64,000 nucleotides of DNA from Bacillota bacterium. GTDB lineage: Bacteria; Bacillota; Sulfobacillia; UBA995. The DNA is taken from positions 21,256 through 85,255 of the forward strand of contig DATIKW010000018.1 in assembly GCA_035477115.1 (NCBI GenBank), in the 5' to 3' direction. The notes under the pieces were generated by a model. The model saw nothing but the letters and a program-made list of their open reading frames with translations, was not told the origin of the DNA and searched no databases. The translations under genes were made by a program, and so were the position numbers. Positions within the stretch are counted from its first letter, which is position 1. The number at the start of each line of letters is the position of its first letter. Below are positions 29,982 to 39,830 of this stretch, in pieces.

Positions 29982-31662
29982 GCTCTCCGAATACCTCCCG
30001 CAAGGTCCCGCAGACCTCGCCCAGCGTGGCCCTATAACGGACTGCGTCCAGGATCGGCGGGAACAGATCGGCCGCCGCCTCCCGGGCAGCCGCCGCCAGC
30101 GCCTCCAAGGCGCCGGTCACCGCCCCGGCGTCACGACTCCGCCGTAATGCCTCCAGCCTGCGCCTCTGCCTGTCCTCCACCCTCGGGTCCAACCGAATGC
30201 CCATGGCCTTCCCGGGTGAGGATGGGGCTTGGTCGTCCTGAAAACAGTTGACGCCCACCACCTGGCGCTTGCCGCCTTCAAGCTGCAGTTGGGTCTGGTA
30301 AGCACTACGATGGATCTCGTCTTGCATGAACCCGCGCTCGATAGCCGCCACCGCTCCGCCCAGGGCGTCGATCCGCTCGAGATAGGCCAAGGCCCCCTCT
30401 TCGACCGTACGGGTCAGGTTCTCGACGAGGTAGGACCCGCCAAGCGGGTCGGCACTCGCCGTCACGCCGCTCTCAAAGGCGATGATCTGCTGGGTGCGGA
30501 GGGCAATGCGGACCGACTCCTCGCTGGGCAGGGCCAACGCTTCATCGCGCGAATTCGTATGCAGCGATTGGGCGCCCCCAAGGACGGCTGCCAGCGCCTG
30601 CAGGGCGACCCGCACGACGTTGTTGTCCGGCTGCTGGGCGGTGAGCGCGGACCCGGCGGTCTGCGCATGGAAGCGCAACATCCAAGACCGAGGGTTCTTC
30701 GCCTTCATGCGCTCGCGCATCAGTCGGGCCCACAGCCGCCTGGCCGCGCGGAACTTGGCCACTTCCTCGAACAGGTCGGAATGCGCATTGAAGAAGAAGG
30801 ACAGCCGGGGCGCGAAGGCATCGATGTCCAGTCCAGCTTGTCGGGCGGCATCGACGTAGGCCAATCCGTTGGCCAGGGTGAAGGCCACTTCTTGCACCGC
30901 CGTCGCCCCGGCCTCGCGAATGTGGTACCCGGAGATGGAAATGGTGTTCCACTCGGGGAGGTGCCGGGAGCAGTACCGGAAGATGTCGGTGACCAACCGC
31001 ATCGAAGGCCGGGGCGGGAAGATATAAGTACCCCGGGCCACGTATTCCTTGAGGATGTCATTCTGCACCGTGCCCGACAGCGCGCCCGGCGCTACTCCTT
31101 GCTCCTCGGCAACCACGACATACATCGCGAGCAGCACGATAGCCGGGGCGTTGATGGTCATGGAAGTGGACACCTTGTCGAGCGGGATCGCCTGGAACAG
31201 CGTGGCCATGTCGTCCACCGAATCGACGGCCACGCCTACTTTGCCCACTTCTCCCCCCGACAGGGGGTGGTCCGAATCATATCCGATCTGGGTGGGCAAG
31301 TCAAAGGCGACGCTCAGGCCGGTCTGACCCTGCTCCAGGAGGTAACGGAAGCGGCGGTTGGTCTCCTCCGCCGAGCCAAAACCCGCGTACTGGCGCATGG
31401 TCCAGGGCCGTCCCCGGTACATGGTGGGTTGAACGCCCCGGGTGAAGGGGAACAGGCCGGGGAAGCCGAGTTCCTCAAGGTAGTCGAACGCGGGAAGCTC
31501 GAGCGGAGTATATAGGCGGTCGACGGGGAGCCCCGATCCGCTCACGAAGCGGTCTTGCGCCTCGGGGGCCCTCGCCAAAGACCGGCCAACCTCCTCTTGC
31601 TCCCAATTGATTCTAGCCGCCCGCAGTGCATCCCGCGGCGGTCCGCCCATGGCCACCGCCAT
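29959..31662 (-). CDS. Methylmalonyl-CoA mutase, catalytic large subunit (split form)
   Basis: TIM-barrel catalytic domain (RLYTP…[37 protein letters not shown]). The start is trimmed to the MAVAMGG methionine. The further N-terminal extension on the ORF track is not conserved. Confidence 0.85.
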   Translation of the reverse strand: MAVAMGGPPRDALRAARINWEQEEVGRSLARAPEAQDRFVSGSGLPVDRLYTPLELPAFDYLEELGFPGLFPFTRGVQPTMYRGRPWTMRQYAGFGSAEETNRRFRYLLEQGQTGLSVAFDLPTQIGYDSDHPLSGGEVGKVGVAVDSVDDMATLFQAIPLDKVSTSMTINAPAIVLLAMYVVVAEEQGVAPGALSGTVQNDILKEYVARGTYIFPPRPSMRLVTDIFRYCSRHLPEWNTISISGYHIREAGATAVQEVAFTLANGLAYVDAARQAGLDIDAFAPRLSFFFNAHSDLFEEVAKFRAARRLWARLMRERMKAKNPRSWMLRFHAQTAGSALTAQQPDNNVVRVALQALAAVLGGAQSLHTNSRDEALALPSEESVRIALRTQQIIAFESGVTASADPLGGSYLVENLTRTVEEGALAYLERIDALGGAVAAIERGFMQDEIHRSAYQTQLQLEGGKRQVVGVNCFQDDQAPSSPGKAMGIRLDPRVEDRQRRRLEALRRSRDAGAVTGALEALAAAAREAAADLFPPILDAVRYRATLGEVCGTLREVFGEHEPSVAG

Positions 31663-31804
31663 ACCCCCGCTCTCAGCAAAAAGCTCGGCGACCGGCGCCG
31701 CGCTCCCTGAGTGATAGGCTTGGTCTTTCCACGACTGTCCTCCAATATCCTTCCCGGCAGGAATCGCCACCGGTGCACAGAATAGTGCACGCCAGGGAGC
31801 AGGT

Positions 31805-32728
31805 ATGACCGTGAGGGTGGTAGCCATGAAGCGCATCGTCAGCATCAGTCTTGGTTCCTCGCAACGGGACAAGAAAGTCGAACTCGAACTCCTGGGCCAG
31901 CCCTTCTCGATCGAGCGCGTCGGCACCGACGGTGATGTGGGCCGGGCCGTCCGGATGCTGAAGGACCTGGACGGACAAGTAGCGGCCTTCGGAATCGGCG
32001 GCATCGACTTCTCCGTGAAGTCGGGCAAGCGGTCCTGGCCGCTCCGCGAGGCGATCCGCCTGGCCGGCACGCCGCGGGTGACCCCGGTCGTGGACGGGGG
32101 CGGGGTCAAGGACGCGCTCGAACGGCAGATCGTCTTCGACCTCGAACCGGTATATGGCATACCGGTGAAGGGCCGGCGGGTCTTGGTGGCGTCGGGAGCG
32201 GCCCGCTATGCGATGGCGGAAGCCTTCGTACAGGCGGGAGCCGACTGCATCTTCGGCGATCTCATGTTCGTCCTGGGGCTGCCGGTGAAGATCCGGACCC
32301 TTGCCGGACTCGATCGGGCGGTCCGGATCATCGCCCCCGTGGCCTCGCGCCTGCCGATCTCCTTGCTATACCCGACGGGCAAGGCCCAGCACCGCTCAAC
32401 CCCGCGTTTTCCCGCTGTCTATGCCTGGGCCGACTTCCTCACCGGCGACTACCACTTCCTGCACCGGCACCTCCCTGACCGCATCGACGGCAAGGTGGTG
32501 TTCACCAACACGGTCACGGCGGCCGACGTGGACGAGTTGCGGGCCCGGGGAGCCGGGTGGTTGATCACCTCCAGCCCGGAGATGGACGGCCGTTCCTTCG
32601 CCGCCAATGTGGTCGAGGCCATGCTGGTTGCCTTATCGGGGAAACGTCCGGAGGAACTCACGCGGGAAGACTACCTCGAGCTATTCAGCCGCGCCGGTCT
32701 ACGCCCTCGGGTCGAGCGCCTGAACTAA
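31805..32728 (+). CDS. Conserved hypothetical protein (AroM/quinate-5-dehydrogenase-like annotation family)
   Basis: 307 aa with good coding quality and motifs SLGSS…GTDGD…DGGGV. The family assignment is from memory and is uncertain. Confidence 0.4.
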   Translation: MTVRVVAMKRIVSISLGSSQRDKKVELELLGQPFSIERVGTDGDVGRAVRMLKDLDGQVAAFGIGGIDFSVKSGKRSWPLREAIRLAGTPRVTPVVDGGGVKDALERQIVFDLEPVYGIPVKGRRVLVASGAARYAMAEAFVQAGADCIFGDLMFVLGLPVKIRTLAGLDRAVRIIAPVASRLPISLLYPTGKAQHRSTPRFPAVYAWADFLTGDYHFLHRHLPDRIDGKVVFTNTVTAADVDELRARGAGWLITSSPEMDGRSFAANVVEAMLVALSGKRPEELTREDYLELFSRAGLRPRVERLN

Positions 32729-32732
32729 AGCG

Positions 32733-32753
32733 CGGGGGCGGGACCCGCCCGCC
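32733..32753. terminator. Bidirectional terminator hairpin CGGGGGCGGG-A-CCCGCCCCCG
   Basis: Perfect 10-bp stem between convergent genes. It has the same GGGGCGGG stem core as the 27-bp palindromes. Confidence 0.6.
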
Positions 32754-32794
32754 CCCGTACGACGCGCGTAACGCCGGCCACCGGTGTTGGCGGC

Positions 32795-34174
32795 CTACAG
32801 GAACAACACCGCCACCACCGTCGCCACCACGAGGCCGGTAACCACCGGGACCACGTTCCGGCGCAGCACCTCCATCACCGGTACCCCGCACATGCCGGCC
32901 ACGGCCACCAGCGTGCTCCAGGCGACCAGGGTTCCGCCGCCCGACCACACCGCGCCCATCTGGCCGATAGCTCCCAGTGTGGAAGCCAATCCAACATCCC
33001 CCGCCGCCAGCGACCCCGCCAGGCTGCCGGTCAGCGGCAACCCGGAGAAGCCGGAGCCGTCGAGGCCCGTAATGACGCCGATGATCAGCATGCCGAAGCC
33101 GGCCAGCAGGCCGGTTGCCGGTATGTACTGGGCCACGAGGTTGCCGACATCGAACAGATAGCCGGGTGCGCCCTCACCCATGATCTGGGCCGAGGCTCCC
33201 GGGGACCCGAGGAAGAAGAAGGCGGCGATGGGGATGATCGGCCCCATCACCTTGAAAGCGAAGGTGAACCCCTCGGCCAGACGGTCCCCGATCTCATCGA
33301 ATCCCTGCCAACCGTAGGTAGCCAAGGCCGCGATCACCAGGACGACGGCTGCACTGCCGCCCAGCAAGGCGGTGGCGTCGCCGCCCAGGATGCGCATGCT
33401 GATCATGGCCACGAGGGCGAGCGCCACGATCAGGGGAGTGAGCCGGGCCAAGAGGAGCGCGACCGCAGGCTTGTTCACCGCGACGGGCTCGTCATGCACG
33501 CCAGCGCGGAAGGCTACATCTCCCGTGGCCGCCACTTTAGCGAACTCGGACACGTCCTTACGCCCGAGGTAGTAAGCCAACGGCAGGGCGATCGCCCCGA
33601 CGATGAGGGTCAGCAGGCCGCCCTTCCAGACCACCATTTCCACCGGCACGCCGGCAGCCAAGGCGGTAAGGCGGGGGGCTCCCTGGATGACCACATCGCC
33701 GGCCAGCGCCATGCCCTGGCCCGCGATGGCAACCGCTACCGCCGCGGTCACCGGGGGGAGTCCGGCGGCCACCGCTGCCGGGACGAGCAGCCCGGCCACC
33801 AGCGGCACCGACGGCGTGGGCCAGAAGAACAGGGCCACGATGAACGTGGTGACGGCCAGCGCGGCGTAGCTCACGGCCGGGGAGACCATCAGCTTCCGGA
33901 GCGGGCTGATCATGATGCTATCGGCGCCGGTCGCCCGCAACCCCCGCAGCATGGCAACCATGATGCTGATGATCAGGAAGATCCCGAACAGCTCGGTGGC
34001 CGCCACGATCATGGAGTTGAACAGGGTCTGCACCGCGAACACCACGTCTTGCCGGAACGAAAGCGCGATGAGGAAGGTGAAGATCACACAGGGGATGATG
34101 ACCGACCGCCGGAAAGCCATGGTGACCAGGACGGCCACCACCCCTATCACGTATAACCAATGTCCCAGGGTCAT
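32795..34174 (-). CDS. Polytopic membrane transporter (NhaC/YuiF-like or GntP-like, family uncertain)
   Basis: About 459 aa and 12 or more TM helices. I place the start at MTLGHW, which has GGAGG 9 nt upstream. The ORF track extends further upstream. Confidence 0.55.
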   Translation of the reverse strand: MTLGHWLYVIGVVAVLVTMAFRRSVIIPCVIFTFLIALSFRQDVVFAVQTLFNSMIVAATELFGIFLIISIMVAMLRGLRATGADSIMISPLRKLMVSPAVSYAALAVTTFIVALFFWPTPSVPLVAGLLVPAAVAAGLPPVTAAVAVAIAGQGMALAGDVVIQGAPRLTALAAGVPVEMVVWKGGLLTLIVGAIALPLAYYLGRKDVSEFAKVAATGDVAFRAGVHDEPVAVNKPAVALLLARLTPLIVALALVAMISMRILGGDATALLGGSAAVVLVIAALATYGWQGFDEIGDRLAEGFTFAFKVMGPIIPIAAFFFLGSPGASAQIMGEGAPGYLFDVGNLVAQYIPATGLLAGFGMLIIGVITGLDGSGFSGLPLTGSLAGSLAAGDVGLASTLGAIGQMGAVWSGGGTLVAWSTLVAVAGMCGVPVMEVLRRNVVPVVTGLVVATVVAVLFL

Positions 34175-34335
34175 CGGCAGGACCTCCTTGCTCATTACTG
34201 ATGAGTAGCAGGAGCCACAACCAATTGCACCCTCATTCGCCCTCCACACCCCTCCCGTCGGCCTCAGCTTCTCTGCCTTGCAAGATTCGACACCGCCGCC
34301 GCCGATCCTGCAACCCGGCGGCAGGAGAGTGCCGG

Positions 34336-35619
34336 TCAGCCCGCGGCCGGTCCCAGCCAGCCCCTCACCCGCATGGCATCGGCCACTCGCTTGACCGCCA
34401 CCATGAACGCCGCCGATCGCATGGGCAGCTTCCGATCGCGGCACATCCCGTAAACATTATGAAAGGCCCGGACCATGGCCATCTCCAGCTTCCGGTTGAC
34501 CTCTTCCTCCGACCAGTAGTATCCCGACAGGTTCTGCGCCCACTCGAAGTAGGAGACGGTGACCCCCCCGGCGCTCGCCAGGATGTCGGGGAGCACCAGG
34601 ATGCCGCGATCGAAGAGGATCCGGTCCGCTTCCGGCGTGGTGGGACCGTTGGCCGCCTCGCCCACGATCCTCGCCCGGACTCCCCCGGCAATGCGAGCCG
34701 TCAACTGGTTTTCGAGGGCGGCGGGGATCAGCACCTCGCACTCCGTCTGCAGGAGTTGTTCCGTACTGACGGCCATGGCCGCCGGGAAGCCGGACACCGT
34801 GCCGGTGCGGCACTTGTGGTCGGCGAGTGCTGCCGGGTCCATACCGCAGGACTGGAAGACCGAGCCGCAGGAATCCCCCACCGCTACCACGCAGGCCCCG
34901 CGCTCGTGGAAGAGCCGCGCCGCCACCGAGCCGGCGTTCCCGAACCCCTGGACGGCGACCCGGGCTCCCGCCACGGGGATGCCCAGCTGCTTCATGGCTT
35001 CCAGACACGCGTACACACAGCCGCGCCCGGTAGCCTCGTTACGCCCCTCCGACCCGCCGAGGAGCAGCGGTTTGCCGGTCATGACTCCGAAGGAATTGTG
35101 ATCGCGCAGCCGGCTGAACTCGTCGACCATCCAGGCCATGACTTGCGGGTTCGTGTATACGTCGGGTGCCGGGATGTCTTTCTCGGGTCCGATGATGGGA
35201 GCCAGCGCCCGCATGAGCCCCCGGCTCAACCGCTCGAGTTCGCCGCAGGACAGCCGCCGGGGATCGCAACGTACGCCTCCCTTGCCGCCCCCGTAAGGCA
35301 GACCCAGCACGGCGCACTTGAAAGTCATCCACATCGATAACGCCTTGACCTCATCCATCGTGACCTCGGGATGGAACCGCAGGCCGCCCTTGAACGGCCC
35401 CAGCGCGTCGTTGTGTTGCGACCGCCACCCCACAAAGCTTCGGACGCTGCCGTCGTCCATGACCACGGGGACGGAAACTTCCATCACTCGCGACGGCTGC
35501 TTCAGTATTTCGTATGCCGCCGCCTCCAGGCCCAGGGCGTCACATGCCTCCCTCACCTGCCGCTGGCATATTTGGAAGCAATTCAGGGTGAGTTCCTCGG
35601 CCGCTGTGTCGCACTTCAT
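34336..35619 (-). CDS. NAD(P)-dependent glutamate dehydrogenase
   Basis: GLPYGGGKGGV catalytic motif and Rossmann GFGNAGS of the Glu/Leu/Phe/Val dehydrogenase family. Confidence 0.88.
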   Translation of the reverse strand: MKCDTAAEELTLNCFQICQRQVREACDALGLEAAAYEILKQPSRVMEVSVPVVMDDGSVRSFVGWRSQHNDALGPFKGGLRFHPEVTMDEVKALSMWMTFKCAVLGLPYGGGKGGVRCDPRRLSCGELERLSRGLMRALAPIIGPEKDIPAPDVYTNPQVMAWMVDEFSRLRDHNSFGVMTGKPLLLGGSEGRNEATGRGCVYACLEAMKQLGIPVAGARVAVQGFGNAGSVAARLFHERGACVVAVGDSCGSVFQSCGMDPAALADHKCRTGTVSGFPAAMAVSTEQLLQTECEVLIPAALENQLTARIAGGVRARIVGEAANGPTTPEADRILFDRGILVLPDILASAGGVTVSYFEWAQNLSGYYWSEEEVNRKLEMAMVRAFHNVYGMCRDRKLPMRSAAFMVAVKRVADAMRVRGWLGPAAG

Positions 35620-35903
35620 CTCTTGGCCCTCCTCAAGTCCCGGACGCCCGGAAGGCCGTATTTCGACATTTCAAAACCGCCCTGTGCCTCCTCCACCGGG
35701 ACCATCTTGATACAACTGCGTTTCGCTATGTCGGTACATACGCGCAGGCAAGCGCCGCATCCCTTGCAGCGATCGATGGCGACGAATGCCGTCTTGCGCT
35801 CTTCATCATACAGGAGCGTGTTGGGCTCGGGGCAATACAGGGTGCACAGACGGCAATTGGTTGCGGAGCACTTCGCGGGGTCGACTTGCGCTATCTTATA
35901 CAT
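35616..35903 (-). CDS. 2-oxoacid:ferredoxin oxidoreductase delta subunit (2x[4Fe-4S] ferredoxin)
   Basis: Two CxxCxxCxxxCP clusters (CSATNCRLCTLYCP, CKGCGACLRVC). About 95 aa. Confidence 0.8.
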   Translation of the reverse strand: MYKIAQVDPAKCSATNCRLCTLYCPEPNTLLYDEERKTAFVAIDRCKGCGACLRVCTDIAKRSCIKMVPVEEAQGGFEMSKYGLPGVRDLRRAKR

Positions 35904-36595
35904 ACCGCATCTCTCTTCTTCAGGCCGTGTTGAACCCAACCCTGCTGGCCCGCATACTTGTGGGCGGCTCGGATTACCTCCATGTTCTTCTCGACCAACT
36001 CGGCCTTGTGAGCAAACCCCTTCTCGGCAGCGCGATCGAGCGAGGCGGTCCCCCCGGAAGCCACGAAGTCCTTGCCCAGGAAACGCGCCCGCACCGCCTT
36101 CTCCAGGGAGTCGAGGTCGGGGATGCCGAGGATGGCCGCCACAGCACCGACCATGGCCATGTTGGTCGCGACATCTCTCCCGGCATACTCCAGCGCCAAC
36201 TGCAGGGCGGGCAGATAGTACACGCGGGCCCGCCGCTCGCGTAGCTCCCGCTCCTCATCCGCTCCGAGCTGGAGGGGATGCTGGGCATTGATGAGGATAT
36301 CCGAGTCTTCCTTTAGCCCGGAGTAAAACGGCATGGTGTACGACTTCCCGTGCGTTATCACCTGACTATGGAAGATCGCGATGAAATTGGGGTAGGTGAT
36401 CTCGCCGATCTCGTATAGCGGGCCGTCAGCTATCCGCACATAGCTCTCCACCGGAGCCATCCGTTTCTCGGAGCCGAAGAAAGGGACCACCGTGCTCTCT
36501 CCGCCGCTCAGGATGACCGCGTTGCTGAGAACGTGGGAGGCGGTGACCACGCCTTGCCCACCGACTCCTGCCATGCGGATGTTATATCGCTTCAT
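35891..36595 (-). CDS. 2-oxoacid:ferredoxin oxidoreductase gamma subunit
   Basis: N-terminal IRMAGVGGQGVVTAS matches the gamma subunit. Confidence 0.8.
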   Translation of the reverse strand: MKRYNIRMAGVGGQGVVTASHVLSNAVILSGGESTVVPFFGSEKRMAPVESYVRIADGPLYEIGEITYPNFIAIFHSQVITHGKSYTMPFYSGLKEDSDILINAQHPLQLGADEERELRERRARVYYLPALQLALEYAGRDVATNMAMVGAVAAILGIPDLDSLEKAVRARFLGKDFVASGGTASLDRAAEKGFAHKAELVEKNMEVIRAAHKYAGQQGWVQHGLKKRDAVCIR

Positions 36596-37457
36596 GCTGT
36601 CGGCCTCCCCTTTGCGCGGCCATCCCGTCGAGGTAAGCGCTGGCTTCGTCGCTCATGATCTCGAGGTAACCGTAGCGCTCCTTCTCCACCTGGCGCGCAT
36701 CGTCGAGCACCTTCTCGGGCGGTATGGAGTACTCGATGCTACAGGATGTGTAGACCTGGACATAAGCAGGTCCGATCTCGCGCGCCACCAGCACCGCCTT
36801 CCGAATGGTGCTCACCACTCGGCTGGGATTGGCGGGGGTGAGGCGGGCGATATAGGCAACGCCTGCCGTTCGCGCCAGGCCAAGCATGTCGATCTTCTCG
36901 AACTGCTTGCCCCGGGGAGCCATCTTGACCACGGCCCCTCTACACGTCATGCCGCTCTCCTGGCCGCCCGTGTTCCCGTAAACTTCGTTGTCCAACATGA
37001 CCGTGGTGAACTTCTCCTTGCGGAACCAGGAGTGCATGACCTGCGAGAAGCCGATGTCGGCGATCCCTCCATCTCCGGCCATGACCACCACATCCTTGGC
37101 TTGCCCGGGGAAGCGGATGGCGAGTCCCCGCTTCAGGCCGGTGGCAACCCCGTTGGTATCGCAGTAGTTGCCATAAACGAACGGTATCGCCGCTTGCGAC
37201 AGGGCCATGCGGCCACACCCGGCGGTGCCGACCATGATGGTGTGCTCGGGGTTGGGCAGGCCCATGAGCGCCAGGCGGATGAAGAAAGCCATGGCGCAAC
37301 CCTCACACATGGGGTGCTCCTCGAGTATCTCCTTGAACGTTCCAACCTCGGACAGCGTGACTTGACGTCCGAATGGGCCCCGCTCGACCAGGTCCTGGTA
37401 TTCCTTTGGCATGAAGCGCATGAACCCGGGAGCCACTTGCAGTGTCCTCAACGCCAT
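36582..37457 (-). CDS. 2-oxoacid:ferredoxin oxidoreductase beta subunit (TPP-binding)
   Basis: TPP motif GDGG…NEVYGNTGGQ and a Cys ligand pattern. Confidence 0.85.
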   Translation of the reverse strand: MALRTLQVAPGFMRFMPKEYQDLVERGPFGRQVTLSEVGTFKEILEEHPMCEGCAMAFFIRLALMGLPNPEHTIMVGTAGCGRMALSQAAIPFVYGNYCDTNGVATGLKRGLAIRFPGQAKDVVVMAGDGGIADIGFSQVMHSWFRKEKFTTVMLDNEVYGNTGGQESGMTCRGAVVKMAPRGKQFEKIDMLGLARTAGVAYIARLTPANPSRVVSTIRKAVLVAREIGPAYVQVYTSCSIEYSIPPEKVLDDARQVEKERYGYLEIMSDEASAYLDGMAAQRGGRQHEAI

Positions 37458-37514
37458 CGCCTAGCACCTCGTCCTGTGAGTGGCCTCAAGCACATCCTCT
37501 GGCCGTCAACGTCC

Positions 37515-38669
37515 TTACTTGCCCGGACACGCCCACTCCAGGATCATCTCCGTGGGCATGGTTATCCCGCCGAAAACCCTCGGCCCGTCGGCAATGTGGG
37601 CGTCCACACTCCCATAGAGGGTGGACCGCACTTCCCGGTTCAGCCACCCTGCGCAGTTGAACTCGGGGATGATGATATGCTTGGCATTCCTGCAAGCCTC
37701 GCGTAGTTCCTCGCGGGGGAAGGGGCGCAGGCATTTGAGCTTGATCAGGCCGAGCTTCGTCCCCATCTCCTCCGCCTGGCGGAGCGCTTCCCGGGACTGG
37801 GAGACGGCGCTGCCCGAGGCGACGATCATGGTCTCCGCCTCCGGATTGGTGACCTCGACCAGTCCGTCGAGATAGCGAGCGATCCAGGGGCGTGCCCGCT
37901 CCTGCGCGGCGTGGATCTCTTGTTGCCAGGCGGCATGCATCTGGTAGCTGATGAAGTTGCTCTTCTGTATGGGAGCATCCCGGGCAATGCGGATGGGTGG
38001 GTTTTCGTTGTCGATCATCGGCACGGCTTCACTATAGCAGTCCCTGCCGGGGAGTTTCAACTCGGCGGAGGGCATCTCCACCCAACCCCGGGCGTGGGTG
38101 ACGAAGAAGCCGTCCACCGCGACCGCCACGGGCAAGGTGACCTCGCACTTCTCCGAGATGACGAACCCGGCCAGCGTGTAATCGAAGAAGTCCTGCTGGT
38201 TCTCGGCGTGTAACACGATGTTCCCGGTGAGCAGCATGTACCCCAGTTCGAGGTTGTCGGGCTGAATGGACAGGGGCGCATTGATCACCCGACACATGAT
38301 GAGGAAGACGACCGGCAAGCGGTGCCCGGGCCACGAGGCGATGACCTCCAGACCGCGCATGAGTCCCGGACCCGAGGAAGCAGTCAGGCAGCGAACGCCT
38401 GTCCGCGAGGCGCCGGAAATGGCCGAGAAAGCGCCGACTTCGTCCTCCGCCCGGTAGTAATCCTTGAGGTATCCCTCTGCGTACAATTCCCCTACTTGCT
38501 GCATGGTCTCGCTCTGGGGAGTTATGGGATAGGCGATGGCGATATCCACATTGGCTCGGCGTACGGCCTCGTTGGCCGCCTCGCTGCCCGTGATGTACGA
38601 TCGGGTGCGGGGAGCCTCGAAGAACATGTACTCGGGCGTGACTACACGCTGTTTCTCGACACCATCCAC
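37515..38669 (-). CDS. 2-oxoacid:ferredoxin oxidoreductase alpha subunit
   Basis: GSEAANEAVRRANVDIAIAYPITPQSE matches the alpha subunit N-terminus. Confidence 0.85.
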   Translation of the reverse strand: MDGVEKQRVVTPEYMFFEAPRTRSYITGSEAANEAVRRANVDIAIAYPITPQSETMQQVGELYAEGYLKDYYRAEDEVGAFSAISGASRTGVRCLTASSGPGLMRGLEVIASWPGHRLPVVFLIMCRVINAPLSIQPDNLELGYMLLTGNIVLHAENQQDFFDYTLAGFVISEKCEVTLPVAVAVDGFFVTHARGWVEMPSAELKLPGRDCYSEAVPMIDNENPPIRIARDAPIQKSNFISYQMHAAWQQEIHAAQERARPWIARYLDGLVEVTNPEAETMIVASGSAVSQSREALRQAEEMGTKLGLIKLKCLRPFPREELREACRNAKHIIIPEFNCAGWLNREVRSTLYGSVDAHIADGPRVFGGITMPTEMILEWACPGK

Positions 38670-38738
38670 GGTGGATTCCTCCCGTAATGCGCTGCCTTGC
38701 CGGCATCAAGCGGCGCCCGGGTAATGCCGGGCACGATC

Positions 38739-39431
38739 TCAAGCGCCATCCCTGTGCTGCCAGACCAACCCTTCCTGCACGGCCCGCTGCGCCCGGGTCA
38801 ACTGGATCCCCTCAGCGTCGCCGTGGAGCGGACGTAACCCTTGCCGTTTCAGACGGCGGATGGCATCGGTGAGAGCCCGCACCTGATCGGCACCGGAGAA
38901 CGGGAGGGACGCCATGGAGTCCTCATGGCCGGCGGCGTGACACAGCGTGATCGTGTAGCAGTTGGTGCCCGCCCGGATCATCCGCAGCGTGATGTTGGCG
39001 TAGTGGCAATGAACCCCAACAAATACGCACACTTCAATCTTATTGTACCAGATCGTGAGGTTCGGATGGCACGGGTTGATGACCGCCTCGGGGTCGATCT
39101 TGGGGTAAATGGGCCGGTAATCCGGCATGGGTATGACGCGGACGCCGGGAATCGCCTCGGCCAGTTCAAGCACCGCTCCCGCCTTGGGCGAAACGCCGTC
39201 CCGCCAATCCCATAGCACCAGCGGGCCCGGGAATATGGTCGGATGCTTGCGGGTCAGCAACTCCCGGGCCATAACCTCGAGGGCCGCTTGCTCGCTGACG
39301 ATACGTCCCTCCACGAGGCCCTGTCCCTTCTCGGGGAGGACGACCCCGCAGGAAGCGGCGGCGGGGGGCAACACGCCCGCAGGACCGGGGCCAATGACAC
39401 AAGGACTATGCTTCTCCATGGTTCCTACCAC
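38739..39431 (-). CDS. Hypothetical protein, possible fifth (epsilon-like) subunit of the oxidoreductase
   Basis: About 25 kDa. It is the first gene of the cluster on the same strand. The subunit-size pattern (43/32/26/11/25 kDa) resembles the five-subunit For-type enzyme. Assignment is by context only. Confidence 0.35.
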   Translation of the reverse strand: MVGTMEKHSPCVIGPGPAGVLPPAAASCGVVLPEKGQGLVEGRIVSEQAALEVMARELLTRKHPTIFPGPLVLWDWRDGVSPKAGAVLELAEAIPGVRVIPMPDYRPIYPKIDPEAVINPCHPNLTIWYNKIEVCVFVGVHCHYANITLRMIRAGTNCYTITLCHAAGHEDSMASLPFSGADQVRALTDAIRRLKRQGLRPLHGDAEGIQLTRAQRAVQEGLVWQHRDGA

Positions 39432-39505
39432 CTCGACAGTTCGCGACGGCTTAGCCCGTCACGATGGCCTCGTGTAGCACTTGAAGATCGGGGGCATTCG
39501 GGAAT

Positions 39506-39793
39506 TCAGGACTCCCCGCCCTTTCCCCGGATCTGTCCCACGGCGGTGCGGTCGAACTCCAGTTCCACCTTCTCCGCCACCTTGACGGTCACGGAGTGCT
39601 CCTTGAACGCGGTGATCACCCCGTGGATCCCCCCAATGGTAACGACCCGGTCGCCCTTCTTGAGGCTCTCCAGCATTGCACGGCGCTGCTTCTGTTGCTT
39701 GGCCTGCGGGCGCCACACCAGGAAGTACATGGCACCGAACATGGCGACCAGGGGCAGAAAGAAAGCTAGATTTGATGCTGCTCCTTGCGGCAC
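39506..39793 (-). CDS. yajC: Preprotein translocase subunit YajC
   Basis: TM helix followed by YFLVWRPQAKQQKQRRAMLESLKKGDRVVTIGGIHG. A GTG start has GGGAGG upstream. The longer listed ORF is a spurious 5-prime extension. Confidence 0.8.
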   Translation of the reverse strand: MPQGAASNLAFFLPLVAMFGAMYFLVWRPQAKQQKQRRAMLESLKKGDRVVTIGGIHGVITAFKEHSVTVKVAEKVELEFDRTAVGQIRGKGGES

Positions 39794-39830
39794 GAGTTCA
39801 ACACCTCCCGAAATTCTCTCCGACGGTCCG

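Noticed and set aside
39432-39505. A possible degenerate fifth copy of the GGGGCGGG palindrome downstream of yajC (GGGGGCATTCGGGAATTCAGGACTCCCCGCCC)
   Set aside because: It is only a partial inverted repeat. The similarity to the 27-bp element is too weak to call without a genome-wide profile.
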